A stretch of DNA of 48,351 bases, taken from assembly GCA_001687465.1 (NCBI GenBank), contig LVLI01000352.1, forward strand, positions 1 through 48,351. Reading direction: 5' to 3'. The notes beneath the pieces are model-generated. The model did not search any database. It saw only the letters and a program-made list of their open reading frames with translations, and was not told the origin of the DNA. Made by a program: the position numbers and the translations under genes. Of the stretch, positions 46,105-48,351 are shown piece after piece. Position 1 is the stretch's first letter. Every line of letters begins with the position of its first letter. The DNA is from Halocafeteria seosinensis (lineage: Eukaryota).

Positions 46105-47850
46105 ATGTTGGCGTCATTGTTTTTCGGTTGCATTCTTTTAAACGAGGTAGTAGCAGCAACAGATTTACGACCTTCAATTCTAAATGGTGACGAATCCTGC
46201 TTTCATTATAATGAGGCTCAACACCGGTTTGAAATGAATTGTAGTGTGTTGGCTTGGGGTGATCGTGGCTATACGAATCAAGATTACATCTCGTTGGATG
46301 CGAATGAAATCTTTGATGGTGGACGGCAGAACGGGCACATACTAGATCTGAACGGAACAACAGGGTTTGAAGGATTGCTTACGATACTGGGAAGTGTAGC
46401 ATCGTTTGATCAAGCTCCCTTGATTCGGAATCTTGATGTTAGGAATGGGTCAACTGCATATAGAGGTGGTTTTATTGTCCGTAACGAGCAGAAATTTTTT
46501 ATCATAGATTCATGTAGTTCATCAGGAGATATTGCGGGTAACCGAGGTGGCGGTATATGTGGTTCGCAGTGTGGACATGATAATGGTCAAATCAAGATAT
46601 CGAATTCGTATTCGACAGGGCGGATACTGGCTGGTGATGCAGGTGGTATTGCAGGACAAAATGTAGGATACAATCATGGCATTGTCAATATAACGGTTTG
46701 TTATTCCACTGGGACTATTGAAGGACAATATGCAGGTGGTATTTGTGGAGATACTGCTGGTAATAAGAATGGTCAAGTGTATATAGCTCGTTCCTATTCC
46801 ACAGGAGATATCATTTCTAGTGCTCGGTACAGTGGTGGTATTGTGGGTGACGATGCTGGGTTCGACGATGGATTCATTTATATCAAGGAATGTTATAGTA
46901 TGGGACAGATATCTGCAGATTATAGTGGAGGGATTAGTGGCGAAGATCCAGCACATAATGGGGGTGAAGTACATATCATAGATTGTTATACACGAGGAGA
47001 TATTAGTGGCACCCAAGCAGGAGGTATCACAGGATGGAGGACAGGAGGGCAATCACCTGTAGCAAATGTCTACATCACAAACACATATGCATCAGGTGCA
47101 GTCACAGATACGGATGCTGGTGGGATTATAGGACACATATTAAGTGAAGCAAGTGGTACTATTCACGTGAAGTATTCGGTATACAATGGCAATGGAGGAA
47201 CCAAGCCGATAGTAGGAGTGGATGATGGTAGTAACCTCGTCGAGACAGACAATTCAGATGATTTGACGGACATACAGGGACAACTGTATCAACTTGGAGG
47301 GTGGTCGGATGACGTATGGGCTTTAGATAGAGGAGAAAGTGACGACGAGGAGAATCTGTTGCCGATTCTACGCTTTCAATTGGTACCACCGTCATCTCCT
47401 ACTCCTTCACCGATGTCGACGCCATCAGCGACAACGACAAGATCGGAGACTCCTTCAAGCAGCTTTACCCCCTCTACGAGTGCCACTCCATCGTCATCGT
47501 CGTCACAGAGCCAAACAAGAACTCCAACTGGAACGGCAAGTCCGACGCCAACTTTGACGCCTACCCAGAGTTCCAGTTTTACGTCGACAGCCACTATGTC
47601 GGAGACTCCATCACGTACTACAAGTGCCACAGCCACTTCGACATCTACCACTACTACTACTTGTTCGCCTCCACCATCTGGCACTGCCTCGACGACGATA
47701 ACAGGAACGTCAACGCCGAGTTTGACTCCAAGCTCCATGCCCACACCTTCCGTAACAAGTAGCGCTTCGGTTCCGGGTAAACCAGACGTTCAGTCTGACA
47801 AGGTCATTGTACTGCCTGTTCAAAGACCCAGGCGCACGGTAAAAGGCTGA
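46105..47850 (+). CDS. Secreted GLUG-type repeat (beta-solenoid) protein with Ser/Thr/Pro-rich mucin-like tail; intronless
   Basis: Signal-peptide-like MLASLFFGCILLNEVVAA at 46105. The frame is open upstream to 45472, so the true start is uncertain. About 7 repeats of ~31 aa with pattern I..(C/S)YSTG.I....AGGI.G, followed by an S/T/P tract. Confidence 0.85.
   Translation: MLASLFFGCILLNEVVAATDLRPSILNGDESCFHYNEAQHRFEMNCSVLAWGDRGYTNQDYISLDANEIFDGGRQNGHILDLNGTTGFEGLLTILGSVASFDQAPLIRNLDVRNGSTAYRGGFIVRNEQKFFIIDSCSSSGDIAGNRGGGICGSQCGHDNGQIKISNSYSTGRILAGDAGGIAGQNVGYNHGIVNITVCYSTGTIEGQYAGGICGDTAGNKNGQVYIARSYSTGDIISSARYSGGIVGDDAGFDDGFIYIKECYSMGQISADYSGGISGEDPAHNGGEVHIIDCYTRGDISGTQAGGITGWRTGGQSPVANVYITNTYASGAVTDTDAGGIIGHILSEASGTIHVKYSVYNGNGGTKPIVGVDDGSNLVETDNSDDLTDIQGQLYQLGGWSDDVWALDRGESDDEENLLPILRFQLVPPSSPTPSPMSTPSATTTRSETPSSSFTPSTSATPSSSSSQSQTRTPTGTASPTPTLTPTQSSSFTSTATMSETPSRTTSATATSTSTTTTTCSPPPSGTASTTITGTSTPSLTPSSMPTPSVTSSASVPGKPDVQSDKVIVLPVQRPRRTVKG
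47385..47775 (+). repeat. Low-complexity Ser/Thr/Pro-coding tract (TPS/TAT repeats)
   Basis: PPSSPTPSPMSTPSATTTRSETPSSSFTPSTSATPS... in the ORF translation. Confidence 0.85.
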
Positions 47851-47959
47851 AGATGTTCCGCAAGGCATTTCAAGGAATCAATCAAGATAACTGTTAAGGC
47901 GTAAGACAATACTTAAGGAGTGATATTTTTTACAGTAAGAGAATGGACCCATAATAACC

Positions 47960-48351
47960 TTAAATTAATTGTGTGTCCAACATCAATATTGACTCTTCCT
48001 TGATGCAATGTGATACAAGTTCATCCACACTGAGCCCTTCAAAGGCAGCACATGAAGTTCGACGCAGTACCTTGGCTGCTTTCTTCATTTACTCCAGTTT
48101 CGGAGGGGGAACGGGATCTTTTCCTTTGAGCCGATTTTGTTAGTAAGGACTTACAGGGACGCTATCAATCTCTTCCTTCCTTTGAAGATCCTTCAAAACC
48201 TTAATCTCTTCCGTTAGTCCCTGCAGAGAGTTAACAACTGTGCTGCGAAGCTCATGAATTTCTGATCGAAGTTTTCCTGCTTGGTCAAGAATGTCACTGC
48301 TGGAAATACGTACTCTCTCCGATTCCAACTCCCCGCCCCCTTGCTTTACGC
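47960..48351 (-). CDS. 3' part of a coiled-coil-containing gene entering from the right edge
   Basis: Open frame ...SSDILDQAGKLRSEIHELRSTVVNSLQGLTEEIKVLKDLQ...DSVP, followed by a GTAAGT donor at 48154. The candidate last exon VLRRTSCAAFEGLSVDELVSHCIKEESILMLDTQLI* ends at 47960; its acceptor is uncertain. Confidence 0.55.

Noticed and set aside
46522..47744. Minus-strand ORFs rich in Ile/Thr or Val/Gly
   Set aside because: Antisense shadows of the GLUG repeats and the S/T/P tract.

Overview
A compact, intron-containing eukaryotic region, not a prokaryotic one. It comes from a probably flagellated protist; a stramenopile-like origin is my inference from the B56 and GT41 sequences. About 30 short GT-AG introns (mostly 59-92 nt) could be placed by hand and restore continuous reading frames. 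Genes in order: a Gln/Pro-rich N-terminus running off the left edge; a ~1480-aa protein with possible remote MMS22L similarity; a membrane-anchored sulfotransferase; a PP2A B56 subunit; a CFAP45-like coiled-coil protein; an R1R2R3 Myb factor; an intronless bacterial-style SWIM zinc-finger gene with a scrambled, internally inverted paralogous relic upstream; a TPR-GT41 glycosyltransferase; a mitochondrial branched-chain aminotransferase; an expanded CCZ1-like longin protein; a ~2600-aa four-domain voltage-gated channel; an orphan with 60/63-bp repeats; an ankyrin protein; a decayed ankyrin/TPR relic; a secreted GLUG-repeat/mucin-like protein; and a partial gene at the right edge. The most unusual signals are the channel's non-canonical pore ring (apparently R/G-S/R/E instead of EEEE/DEKA/EEKE) together with an N-terminal PH-like domain, and the SWIM gene plus its rearranged copy. 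I found no rRNA, tRNA, CRISPR array or intact mobile element. All family assignments come from motif recognition by eye; no searches were run.
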